64,000 nucleotides of DNA from an uncultured delta proteobacterium. Its GTDB lineage: Bacteria > Desulfobacterota > Binatia > UBA9968. The stretch spans positions 123,071 to 187,070 of the forward strand of contig CAWJBB010000050.1 in NCBI GenBank assembly GCA_963840855.1, in the 5' to 3' direction. This document shows, piece after piece, positions 32,566 to 41,658 of the stretch. The position numbers were made by a program, and so were the translations under genes. Under the pieces are notes generated by a model. The model worked only from the letters and a program-made list of their open reading frames with translations, was not told the origin of the DNA and did not search any database. Within the stretch, counting starts at the first letter, position 1; the number at the start of each line of letters is the position of its first letter.

Positions 32566-32727
32566 GCAAGACCTCAACGTTATAATTTTCCCCGCTTTGC
32601 TTGACAACCTCTTTGGCCCTGCCATAACTTCGCTCTGTCACGCCGTTTCGCGATCCATAGATGCGAAATCTCAAATGGCGAAAAATTCGGCATGACGGCA
32701 AGACCCTCCAATGAAAGGAGTATTTCC

Positions 32728-34212
32728 ATGGCTTTTGACATCCTCGAAACCAGCATCGACGCAATTCACTCAGCGTACAAATCCGGCGAGCTAACCTGTC
32801 ACCAACTCGTGCAGATGTACCTTGACCGGATTGAAGCCTACGACAGGAAAGGCCCCGCGCTTAACGCCATCATTACTTTGAATTCGAAAGCTCTCGAAGA
32901 AGCGGACCGCCTCGACGCGGCGTTTAAAAAATCGGGGCTCACTGGCCCGCTGCACGGCATTCCCGTCGTCGTCAAAGACCAAGCCGATGCCGCAGGCATG
33001 CCAACGACCTTGGGCTCATTGGTGTTCAAGGACTACTATCCGGAGCGGGATTGCTTTGTGGTTGAGAATCTAAAAAAAGCCGGCGCGATTATTCTCGGTA
33101 AAACTACGCTGGGTGAGCTGGGCGGGGGCGACACGCACGGTTCGCTCTTTGGGTCGACGCGCAACCCCTACGACCCGGAGCGCACCGTCGGCGGTTCTTC
33201 GGGCGGTTCGGCGGCCTGCGTATCGGCGAACTTTTCCACCGTCGCCGTGGCGCAAGAAGGTCTGGCGTCGATTCGCCGACCATCGACCTGGAACTCGATC
33301 GCCGGCATGCGGCCGACCGCCGGCCTGGTCAGCCGCGGCGGTGTTTATGGCGGCTGGCCTTCCGTCAATGGCTCATTAGGCCCGATGGCGCGCAGCGTGA
33401 CGGACCTCGCGAAGTTGCTGGATGTCATGGCCGGCTATGATCCTGAGGATCCACTGACCGCCAGAGGGATCGGCCATCTGCCGGACAGTTTCACCAAGTT
33501 TCTTGACCAAAACGCGCTCAAGGGTGCGCGCCTCGGTATTTTGCGCGAGTCCATGGGGCTCGGCTCCGAGCCGACGACTGAAGATTATAAAATGATCGAC
33601 GAAATTTTCGAGCGCGCCGTGGGCGAGCTCAAGACCGCGGGCGCAGTCATCGTCGATCCGGTTGTCATTCCAAACCTGAAAGATCTGCTCGGCAAACGCG
33701 CGGGGAGCTTCACCGACGAAGAGGAATCGTTCAACAGATATTTGTCGAGGAGCACAAAGCCGCCCTACAAATCACGCGCGGAGGCGGCCGCCTCGCCGGA
33801 CTTCAGCAAGGTTGTCAAGCGCTCAAGGGAGCGCTTCAGCCGTTCGCCGGACGACAAGGCGCATTACGAGTATCTCAAAGCGCGCGATGAGCTGATGACC
33901 AACCTGCTTAAAGTCATGGCGGACAACCAGCTCGACGCCATCGTGCATAAGGCCGTGGAACACCAGCCAACGCTGATCAAGGACGGCGTCAATCCGCCGT
34001 TCGTCGACCAGAAAGGCGCGCCCCATATCAACACTCATCTCGTTTACGTGCCGTCCATCGTCGTCCCGGCCGGATTCACGCGTGGCAACCTGCCCGCGGG
34101 CATCACCTTTTTGGGACGGCCCTACGACGACGGCAACATGATCAAGCTCGCCTACGCCTACGAACAGGCGACGCACCATCGCAAACCGCCGGCGAGCGTG
34201 ACGCCGTTGTAG
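32728..34212 (+). CDS. Amidase signature family protein
   Basis: GPLHGIPVVVKD, GGSSGGSAA, SIRRP, AYAYEQAT; AAGGAG RBS. Confidence 0.93.
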   Translation: MAFDILETSIDAIHSAYKSGELTCHQLVQMYLDRIEAYDRKGPALNAIITLNSKALEEADRLDAAFKKSGLTGPLHGIPVVVKDQADAAGMPTTLGSLVFKDYYPERDCFVVENLKKAGAIILGKTTLGELGGGDTHGSLFGSTRNPYDPERTVGGSSGGSAACVSANFSTVAVAQEGLASIRRPSTWNSIAGMRPTAGLVSRGGVYGGWPSVNGSLGPMARSVTDLAKLLDVMAGYDPEDPLTARGIGHLPDSFTKFLDQNALKGARLGILRESMGLGSEPTTEDYKMIDEIFERAVGELKTAGAVIVDPVVIPNLKDLLGKRAGSFTDEEESFNRYLSRSTKPPYKSRAEAAASPDFSKVVKRSRERFSRSPDDKAHYEYLKARDELMTNLLKVMADNQLDAIVHKAVEHQPTLIKDGVNPPFVDQKGAPHINTHLVYVPSIVVPAGFTRGNLPAGITFLGRPYDDGNMIKLAYAYEQATHHRKPPASVTPL

Positions 34213-34226
34213 GATGGAACCTGTGA

Positions 34227-34322
34227 CGTTCAAAGTTCAATGTTTAACGTTCAACGTTTCGGATTAAAACCCGGCACTTCCGGACCTCTTAACTTTGGAC
34301 ATTGAACCTTGAACATTGAACG
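34227..34322. repeat. GTTCAAN heptamer inverted-repeat element
   Basis: gttcaaa-gttcaat-gtttaac-gttcaac-gtttcggatt ... ttggaca-ttgaacc-ttgaaca-ttgaacg. Confidence 0.88.
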
Positions 34323-34364
34323 CCCTTTTCCCCTATCCGCAGCAGCTTCAAGCCCGTAGAGCCC

Positions 34365-35822
34365 ATGAACCCCATTCATTTCGTCGACACGACGTTGCGC
34401 GATGGGCAGCTCAGCCTCTGGGCATCGAACATGCGCACCGGCATGATGCTGCCTGTGGCAGAGCGCTTTGACCGCGCGGGCTTCGAGGCCGTCGAGATCA
34501 TGTCGTCGGCCTTTTACAAAAAATGCGTGCGAGATCTCAAGGATGATCCCTGGGAGCGGGTGCGTCTGCTCGCCCGGCGCATCAAGAAAACTCCGCTGCG
34601 CTCGATCCGCAGCCGCTCCATGCTCGCCTTTCAGATCTCGCCGCCGGCGGTCACCGGCTTGTGGCTCGAAAGGCTCATCGCCAACGGGATCACGGAAGTG
34701 CGCACCTCGGATCCCTCAAATACGCCCAAGTATTGGCGAGAAGCGGTGGAGAGCGCCAACAAGGTCGGCCTCAAAACAATTCTCAACATCATTTACTCGG
34801 TCTCGCCGAAACACACCGACGACTACTTCGCGGAGCGAGCGCGCCACGCGGCCAAGCTCGCCGTTTACCGCATTTGTTTCAAGGACCCCGGCGGCCTGCT
34901 CACCCCGGAAGCAACCCGCCGCCTGGTGCCGCTGATCACGCGCGAAGCCGGGGACAAACCCGTCGAATTTCACACCCACTGCACTACCGGACTGGGCGCG
35001 CTCTGCTGTCTCGAAGCGATCAAGCTCGGCATCACGTCGATCAACACCGCGATTCCGCCGCTCGCCGAGGGGTCGTCGAACCCGTCGCTTTTCAACGTGG
35101 CAATGAACGCCCGCGCTCTCGGCTACCAGACCGCCGTCGATGAAGAAGTCATGAAGCCCGCGCGCGATCATTTCAGCGCCGTTGCCAAGCAGGAGAATCT
35201 ACCCATAGGAAGGCCGCTGGAGTACGACGCGTTCCATCCGATCCACCAGGTGCCGGGAGGCATGATTTCCAACTTTCGTTTTCAGCTCTCTAATATGGGC
35301 AAGCTCGATAAACTCAACGCGGTCCTCGAAGAGGTGGCGCGGGTGCGCGCGGAGTTCGGATACCCGATCATGGTCACGCCCTATTCACAATTTTTCGGCG
35401 TGCAGGCCGCCATCAACGTCATCGTCGGCGCGCGCTATAAAGAAATAACCGATGAAGTGATTCTCTACGCGTTGGGCTTCTGGGGCGAAGAAGAAGCGGA
35501 GTCCATCGACGCCGACTTGAGAGACCGCATCCTGAGCCGGCCGCGCGCCAAAGAGCTCAGCCGCATGAAACCGCCGGAGTTGTCGCTCGAGGAATTTCGC
35601 GCGAAGTTCGGCGGCGCCGGCGTTTCGGACGATGACGCGTTGCTCAATTACTTCGCTGGGGACGAATATGTTGCCGTGATGAAGGCGGCGGGACCGGTGC
35701 GGGAATATGTCAGCGCCCTTACTCCCTTGATGAGTCTCATCGAGCGGTTGGCGGCCCAAAAGGAGCGAAAAGCCATCGATCTTCAACGCTCCGGCCTGAA
35801 GCTCCGTCTGCGCCGGTTGTAG
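34365..35822 (+). CDS. Pyruvate/oxaloacetate carboxyltransferase (PycB/OadA-like) lacking the biotinyl domain
   Basis: DTTLRDG, FKDPGGLL, HTHCTTG, HQVPGGMISN, GYPIMVTPYSQF; no MKM biotin motif. Confidence 0.9.
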   Translation: MNPIHFVDTTLRDGQLSLWASNMRTGMMLPVAERFDRAGFEAVEIMSSAFYKKCVRDLKDDPWERVRLLARRIKKTPLRSIRSRSMLAFQISPPAVTGLWLERLIANGITEVRTSDPSNTPKYWREAVESANKVGLKTILNIIYSVSPKHTDDYFAERARHAAKLAVYRICFKDPGGLLTPEATRRLVPLITREAGDKPVEFHTHCTTGLGALCCLEAIKLGITSINTAIPPLAEGSSNPSLFNVAMNARALGYQTAVDEEVMKPARDHFSAVAKQENLPIGRPLEYDAFHPIHQVPGGMISNFRFQLSNMGKLDKLNAVLEEVARVRAEFGYPIMVTPYSQFFGVQAAINVIVGARYKEITDEVILYALGFWGEEEAESIDADLRDRILSRPRAKELSRMKPPELSLEEFRAKFGGAGVSDDDALLNYFAGDEYVAVMKAAGPVREYVSALTPLMSLIERLAAQKERKAIDLQRSGLKLRLRRL

Positions 35823-35853
35823 TGGATCAGGTGCCGGTGTATGGTGTAACCCT

Positions 35854-36171
35854 ATGTCGCATCCACTTGGCGTCATCCGGTTCGCCGGTTTTCTCGTGGT
35901 GGTCCTTCTGCTGATCACCTTGTCCACTCCCGTTTTCGGCGCAGACGACCTGAGCCGGGGTCAATCCCAGGGCACAATCCCGATGGTCATCATCAATCAG
36001 AGCGATGCGCGCGATGACGATCGCCTCGCGCGTGACTTTTCCCACAGCACTGCCATTGTCGACTCTACTTTTCTCGCCATCCTGCAGGTCTTCTCCTCAT
36101 TTCAGTGCGAAAACCACTCGCCGGCCGGACCGCGCAAACTTTACCAAGTGAACCTCGTTTTCCTCATCTGA
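35854..36171 (+). CDS. Hypothetical small exported/leader-type protein
   Basis: Signal-peptide-like N-terminus, C-terminus ...PRKLYQVNLVFLI. Confidence 0.5.
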   Translation: MSHPLGVIRFAGFLVVVLLLITLSTPVFGADDLSRGQSQGTIPMVIINQSDARDDDRLARDFSHSTAIVDSTFLAILQVFSSFQCENHSPAGPRKLYQVNLVFLI

Positions 36172-36311
36172 CATCTTGCCCTTACTTTTCCGAGGTGCTC
36201 TCGTACGGTGCGGGCTCGGCTCATGCCTGAGCCGGTCCCACAACCGATTATTAAAAATATCCGCGACGACGCCTGAGGCGTCGAATCGCGGCAAGTCATA
36301 AGGAGAAAAAC

Positions 36312-36416
36312 ATGGAAGATATGCCCATTTGGTTCAAGATCGCAATTTACGCAACGGTCGGTCTCACCGCCCTTTACACAGCATGGGGTATCATTCAATC
36401 GCTCATGCAATCCTGA
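36312..36416 (+). CDS. Small single-TM protein (34 aa), not in the ORF track
   Basis: AGGAG at 36301-36305, ATG 36312, MEDMPIWFKIAIYATVGLTALYTAWGIIQSLMQS*. Confidence 0.65.
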   Translation: MEDMPIWFKIAIYATVGLTALYTAWGIIQSLMQS

Positions 36417-36427
36417 TCCGCCAAGCA

Positions 36428-37207
36428 AGTTCAAGGTTCAACGTTCAATGGGCGTCGTGAGATTGGCGAATGAATGCCAGCCTCCGAGTCCGAAACGTGT
36501 CGCGGTAGGAACCGCCCTCGCGGGCGGCCCCCCGCACGGATCCGGACGTGCAGCATTACTGCATCCGGCTCTTGCCTTGGGTAATAACGCCATGGCGCAA
36601 CAGAAAATGAGAATGATAACACCTCACTCCTTCCCTGCTGACTGCCTGACGTATTCGCTCAAGCGCGCTGGACAGGATCTGCCGGCTCTGAGTCCGGAAC
36701 CTGTTACGTTCAAGCGTTTTCCCCTTGGCCAGTCCCCTTTCCTCCACTGCCTCCGCAGCCCCAGTGGCGGCTTTGTTCGGCAGCTTCGTAGGTCCTATGA
36801 GACTGTCCGACTTCGTGCGTCCTTAGACTTTCCGATGCGATTCCCTTTCTCGCAGACAGACACGGGATCTCTCGGCTTCCGCTCAAGGTGTTTGCGGGCA
36901 TGCTCAGGGTCTCAGACCGCGCAGGGTCCATAGGCGTCTCGCGTTTGCGACGCCTCCAGTTTTGCCTTCCGCTTAGTTCAAGAGCGTCGGCACCCCAGAG
37001 TGGCCACCGCTTTCGCGATGGTGGTTCAATTTCGCGGCTCAATGGCTGGCCTGCTCGTGCCCCTGTCAACGCTTCACCCTCGCCCTTGCGGACGAACGCA
37101 CATGACTCGGAGCCAGTGTGGATCGCTACTCCTTCACTGTATGAAACTTTCATTCACAACACCTTGCCGGCTTTTACCGGCGCATCTGAACCTTGAACTT
37201 TGAACGG
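36428..37207. repeat. GTTCAAN heptamer inverted-repeat element interrupted by a group II intron
   Basis: Arm gttcaag-gttcaac-gttcaat at 36429-36449 and opposite arm tccgaaacgt|intron|tgaacc-ttgaact-ttgaacgg. Confidence 0.85.
36499..37186 (-). mobile_element. Group II intron, non-autonomous (RT ORF almost wholly deleted), 688 nt
   Basis: 3' domain V GAGCCGGATGCAGTAATGCTGCACGTCCGGATC, domain VI ending CCTACCGCGAC; 5' end GATGCGCCGG (GTGCG-like); IEP N-terminal remnant KSDSLIGPTKLPNK...RTQSRQILSSALERIRQA fused to C-terminal remnant ...GVITQGKSRMQ. Confidence 0.92.
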
Positions 37208-37324
37208 ATTTCTGCCTCCCTGACCACTGTGATCCACGCTTGCTATTTTCGTGTCACGGCGCGAATATACCCGCACCGCGCGCCTGACCTGGAATCCCGC
37301 GTTTCAAATTTTCGTTGAGGAGAT

Positions 37325-38368
37325 TTGCGGCCCGTGAAGTTCGGTTATTATATTCTCAACACCTACGTCCCCGAATTAGACGGCGAAAGCCCTGATCTCT
37401 ACGCCCATTGGCTTGAGCAAATTGACGCCGCCGAAAACCTCGGCTTCGATTCCCTCTGGATCACCGAGCATCATTTCCGCAATTTCGGCGGCATGATGCC
37501 CAGTCCGTCGGTGATCCTGGCCGCCGCCGCGCAACGCACCAAGAAAATGCGTTTGGGGTCCGCGGTGTCCATCCTGCCGATGCACAACCCGCTGCGCATT
37601 GCCGAAGAATTTGCCATGGTGGACCTGCTTTCCAACGGGCGGCTCAATTTCGGCGCGGGCCGCGGCATGCATCCGATGGAGTATGCGGTTTTCGGTTACG
37701 AATGGAAAAATGCCCAGGGCCGTCTGCCCGAAGCACTCGACATCGTAATTAAAGCGTGGAGCGGCGGCGAGTTCGAATGGAAGGGCGCGCACTACCAGTT
37801 TCCCAAGCTCAACGTCTACCCCAAACCGCTGCAGAAACCGCACCCGCCGATCTATGTAACCGCCAACCGCGATCCGGAAAGTTTTCAAATGATCGCCACG
37901 CGCGGCCATCACCTGATGACGCTGCCGTGGATCGCAACCAACGAGCTGCAAGGCCCCCGTGTACGCCAGTACCAAGACGTTTTGCGCAGCGCCGGGCATG
38001 CGGTGAAAGAACGCGACGTCTTCGTCATGTATCCGGTTTATGTCGGCGCGGATGACGCGCAAGCGCGCGCCGAGGTGATCGAACCATGGCATCGTTGGCG
38101 CATGTTTGCCCTGGAGGCGATGGGGTTAACCGCGACAAAGGACGAGGCCCACCAGCGGGTGCTCAACCATTTGGCTTACGATGCCATGGTGCGCGATAGC
38201 CGGGGCGTGTTCGGCGGCCCTGAGACCTGCGCGCAGATTTTGCGCACGATCATCGAGCTAGTCGGCGTCACACACATCGGCTTGACCTTCCACTTCGGCG
38301 GCCTGAGCCAGAGAAACGTGCTCAAATCGATGGAACGCTTCGCCCGCCAAGTTAGACCGGCGTTCTGA
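37325..38368 (+). CDS. LLM-class flavin-dependent oxidoreductase (luciferase-like)
   Basis: GFDSLWITEHHF, PLRIAEEFAMVDLLSNGRLNFGAGRG, PKPLQKPHPP. Confidence 0.93.
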   Translation: MRPVKFGYYILNTYVPELDGESPDLYAHWLEQIDAAENLGFDSLWITEHHFRNFGGMMPSPSVILAAAAQRTKKMRLGSAVSILPMHNPLRIAEEFAMVDLLSNGRLNFGAGRGMHPMEYAVFGYEWKNAQGRLPEALDIVIKAWSGGEFEWKGAHYQFPKLNVYPKPLQKPHPPIYVTANRDPESFQMIATRGHHLMTLPWIATNELQGPRVRQYQDVLRSAGHAVKERDVFVMYPVYVGADDAQARAEVIEPWHRWRMFALEAMGLTATKDEAHQRVLNHLAYDAMVRDSRGVFGGPETCAQILRTIIELVGVTHIGLTFHFGGLSQRNVLKSMERFARQVRPAF

Positions 38369-38411
38369 TGTGACGAATTCGGTAGCGACCTATCCCTCTC
38401 ATTTGCGCCCC

Positions 38412-39077
38412 ATGGCATCAAAGCCGTCGATTTTCGCGCGCGCAGTAATTCTTGTCTCCGTCCTCGCGCTGCTCGCTTCGGACTGTGCCGCACCGAAAAC
38501 CGAACGGAATTTTTCCGCCGGGGACGCCAACGCTAAACAAGTCTTCGTTGTCCACAACAAATGGCACGCGGCCATCGTTGCCAAGCAGGCAGATATTGGC
38601 GCCGATGAAATGCCGGAACTGGTCCATTTTCCCGGCGCCGAGTATGTGGAAATCAGCTGGGGCGACGCCGATTTTTTTCCCGCCGCCGAGGGCGGCATCG
38701 GCCTGGCTCTGAAAGCAGCGTTTTGGTCGCGCGGCAGCGTGCTCCATGTGGTCGGCTTTAGCGGAGTGGTGAAAGAAATTTACAGCGGCGCGGAAATAAT
38801 CGAGATCGGCCTATCCGAGCAGGAATTCCGCCGATTGATCGGTTTTGTTTCGGCGGAGTTTCAGCGCAAACAACCGGGTCGCCCCGCAACTCCCGGGCCA
38901 GGGCTTTTTCCCCAGAGCCGCTTTTTTCCCGCCAACAGCAAATTCAACCTGCTCCGGACCTGCAACGCCTGGGTCGCCGAAGCGTTCAGCGCCGCAGGGT
39001 TACCCGTAAGCCCGGGATTCGTCTTTACGGCGGGCAATCTCGCCGGTCAGATTAAAGAGTTTGCAACCGTCAAGTGA
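38412..39077 (+). CDS. DUF2459 family lipoprotein
   Basis: Lipoprotein-like signal, WHAAIV, EISWGDADFF, RTCNAWVA. Confidence 0.8.
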   Translation: MASKPSIFARAVILVSVLALLASDCAAPKTERNFSAGDANAKQVFVVHNKWHAAIVAKQADIGADEMPELVHFPGAEYVEISWGDADFFPAAEGGIGLALKAAFWSRGSVLHVVGFSGVVKEIYSGAEIIEIGLSEQEFRRLIGFVSAEFQRKQPGRPATPGPGLFPQSRFFPANSKFNLLRTCNAWVAEAFSAAGLPVSPGFVFTAGNLAGQIKEFATVK

Positions 39078-39194
39078 CGGTCGCGGCGTGACGCTACCGC
39101 GCTATACAACCAACGGATCGCCCAACGCGAAGCGGAGAATCTAGCGCCAAGATGCGATCGCAGGGACTCGTCAGAGTTGTGTTAAGCAGATGAA

Positions 39195-39268
39195 AAATCT
39201 CTCTAAATCTCCCTTTACAAAGGGAGACTTTCGATTTCCTCTCTTTTCAAAAGTGGGGAGGGGATTTT
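39195..39268. repeat. Degenerate AAATCCCC...AAAGGGGG-type palindromic repeat
   Basis: aaatctctctaaatctccctttacaaagggagac ... tcctctcttttcaaaagtggggagggattt. Confidence 0.45.
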
Positions 39269-39392
39269 GGGCAAACGTGAGTTGTAAATTCAATTCAGGA
39301 AGGTCACACTGAATTTGAGGTTGCCCTGGATGCGATAGACTGCACGAGACATTGGGGTATCCGACTTGCGCAGTTATCTTCGGGAATTTGTC

Positions 39393-40409
39393 ATGACTAA
39401 CTCGACCCGGCATCGTTTTGCCCTCTTCTTGCTCATCTCGCTGGCTTTTCTCCAGAGCTGTCGAAACAGTCCCGAGCCTCAGCCGCCGGCGCCGCCAATT
39501 CCGAAAATTGCCAATGCCGTGACTGAAGCCGTCGAGGATGCCGACGGGCAGTCCCTCGCCAAACTCCCCACACCTGCCAAAGAGTCCCCTCCCCTCAAAC
39601 CCACGCCGCAAAAAGTGCCGCCGGAGTCGGTCGTCAGTTTGCCGGCGGTCGACGCAAACATGACGGGGCTAAAATACGATACGGTGATCTCCCATAGGCC
39701 GGCGCCGTTTCCCGGCAGTCACGGTTGGCAATACCGCAAAAATCCGCGCGGCCAGATCGTCGGCTTTGAATTCTCCAATCGGGGCGGCAACAGAATCCTG
39801 CCCGAGCGCTATGACATCGAAAAAAACAAACACTTCACCAGGGATTTTCAGTTTCGGTTTGACGAACGGGCAAGACAGGACATCCATTTTAGCATCACCG
39901 ACTGGACCCCGTCCCGGGACAAGCAATTTCGCTTGAGTGAATTGATGAACAGCGTCCTGCTATTTTTTCCGCGCATCTACGTCCCGGCCATCGCGGCCGT
40001 TGGCGCAAACTCCGTCGTCACGCTACCCACCGGAGAGGAAGTCCAATTCGACGCCAAGACCCATGAGATCGTTAGCGGCGTCTTCGCGGAAGCGCCGGTG
40101 GCCTTGGCCGCGCCGCGCTTTCCCGCCGTCGAATACCTCGGCAAGGGCGTGACGGTGCGCGTTAACGCGCGCGGCACCGACCCACGCATCGCTACCGTGG
40201 CAACGATAACGACCGGGTCGCCGGATCCGAATTGCGCCAACGGACAGCGCTGCAATCAATGCCAGGTGCCGGCCCGGGAGCTTTGGGAACAAAAGGGAGC
40301 GGTCCGCTTCAAGTTTCCCACCGACGACGAATTTGACCGCTACCTGCGCGCGCGCTGCGACTTCGGCTTGCCGCAGGTGCCCGGCGAATTCGTCAATACA
40401 CGTCCATAA
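39393..40409 (+). CDS. Hypothetical lipoprotein
   Basis: Lipobox LQSC, Pro-rich linker, Cys-containing C-terminal domain. Confidence 0.75.
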   Translation: MTNSTRHRFALFLLISLAFLQSCRNSPEPQPPAPPIPKIANAVTEAVEDADGQSLAKLPTPAKESPPLKPTPQKVPPESVVSLPAVDANMTGLKYDTVISHRPAPFPGSHGWQYRKNPRGQIVGFEFSNRGGNRILPERYDIEKNKHFTRDFQFRFDERARQDIHFSITDWTPSRDKQFRLSELMNSVLLFFPRIYVPAIAAVGANSVVTLPTGEEVQFDAKTHEIVSGVFAEAPVALAAPRFPAVEYLGKGVTVRVNARGTDPRIATVATITTGSPDPNCANGQRCNQCQVPARELWEQKGAVRFKFPTDDEFDRYLRARCDFGLPQVPGEFVNTRP

Positions 40410-40419
40410 AGTGAAACCA

Positions 40420-40473
40420 CCGTTCGTGGTGAGCCAGCCTGCCCTGCGCAACGCCGAAGGGAACCATGACGGA
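40420..40473. repeat. Nested REP-like elements
   Basis: ccgttcgtggtgagcca[gcctgccctgcgcaacgccgaaggg]aaccatgacgg versus the uninterrupted copy ccgttcgtggtgagcatggcgaaccatgaacgg at ~283. Confidence 0.6.
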
Positions 40474-40586
40474 GTTTTCACGCAGTCTGCCGTCGCTCCT
40501 GGTAAAAACAGTTGGACAAGCGGGCCGAGTCTTAGTAAAGAAACGCTGAGAGCTTGTGAAATATTTTATCCTTCCGAGGCGCGACT

Positions 40587-41636
40587 ATGGCTTTACACTA
40601 TGGAGTCTTGCGCGGCCGCGTGGACATTTTCAAACGCGAAGATGATCTCAACACGCCGCATTTGCAAATAAAGGTCGTCGACGGCCACAACGAGGCATGG
40701 CGCATTGCCGTCAACGTATTGTCCGGCGACCAATCACGAGTGGTCTTTCACCGCATCGACCCGCTGCAAAGCCATCCTGTGTTGGCCGGACTCGCTCAAC
40801 TTGCGAGCGGTTTCACCGCGATCCCAGCAACAAACCGCGCCGCGCCGAGTGCTTTGGATTATTTCCGCGCGCCGTTGTTTGACTGGCCCACCGGCGTGGC
40901 CGTCCCGTCGACCGGGCCGGGCGCCAACGACGATCTGCAAGATATGCTGGTGACTTATCTCACACAGCTGCGCGATCAGAACGGCGAGATCTTCGCCTTC
41001 GGCGCCAAGTTTCCCGAACCCGGGGAGGCGCCGAGCCCAAGGCCCATCGACAATCAATTCAAGACCAAACAAGGCATCCATGACATCCACATGAACCAGG
41101 GTAATCCGGCGGGACCTTTCGCCAAGGATAATGGCGTATATCAAGACGGCGGATTGATTCTGAGTTTTCCAAATCGTCATATGGGTTTGTTCCTGCGGTT
41201 TCAAACTCAGTGGTTACCGACGGATGACGCGACGGGTTACCGGTTGGCCAACGCCCAAGCCATCCCACCGGGAGGAACTCCGCCAGTCGTTCCAGGGCTC
41301 GTCGGGGATCCCGACATCTATATCGAGCGCGCCCTGGTAAATCCCGCCGGCGACGATGTCGGCAAGGAAGCCGTGGTCCTGGGCAACGCTACCACTGAAG
41401 TGGTGAATATCAGCGGTTGGCGGATCGTCGACAAAAACGATAATTTCGAAACGCTTCAGGGCACCTTGGCCCCGGGCGAATCGCTGCGTGTCCTGCTCAC
41501 CGGCAACGGCGCGCAACTCGGCAATAACGGCGGCACAATTTCTCTGATGGACCAGACCGGCACGCGAGTGCACTCGGTCAGCTATGCCAAAGACGATATC
41601 GGCAAACAAAGCCGCTACATCAGGTTCATTACGTAA
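40587..41636 (+). CDS. YukJ/DUF2278 family protein with C-terminal lamin-tail-like domain
   Basis: YGVLRG, PHLQI, RIAVNVLS, GIHDIHMNQGN, DNGVYQDGG; ALVNPAGDD...QLGNNGGTISL. Confidence 0.85.
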   Translation: MALHYGVLRGRVDIFKREDDLNTPHLQIKVVDGHNEAWRIAVNVLSGDQSRVVFHRIDPLQSHPVLAGLAQLASGFTAIPATNRAAPSALDYFRAPLFDWPTGVAVPSTGPGANDDLQDMLVTYLTQLRDQNGEIFAFGAKFPEPGEAPSPRPIDNQFKTKQGIHDIHMNQGNPAGPFAKDNGVYQDGGLILSFPNRHMGLFLRFQTQWLPTDDATGYRLANAQAIPPGGTPPVVPGLVGDPDIYIERALVNPAGDDVGKEAVVLGNATTEVVNISGWRIVDKNDNFETLQGTLAPGESLRVLLTGNGAQLGNNGGTISLMDQTGTRVHSVSYAKDDIGKQSRYIRFIT

Positions 41637-41658
41637 GCAGATCAAAGAGGAGACGATT

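Noticed and set aside
36448-37203. ORFs 36448-36933, 36710-37153, 36888-37196 and 37000-37203 as genes
   Set aside because: They are translations of structured group II intron RNA
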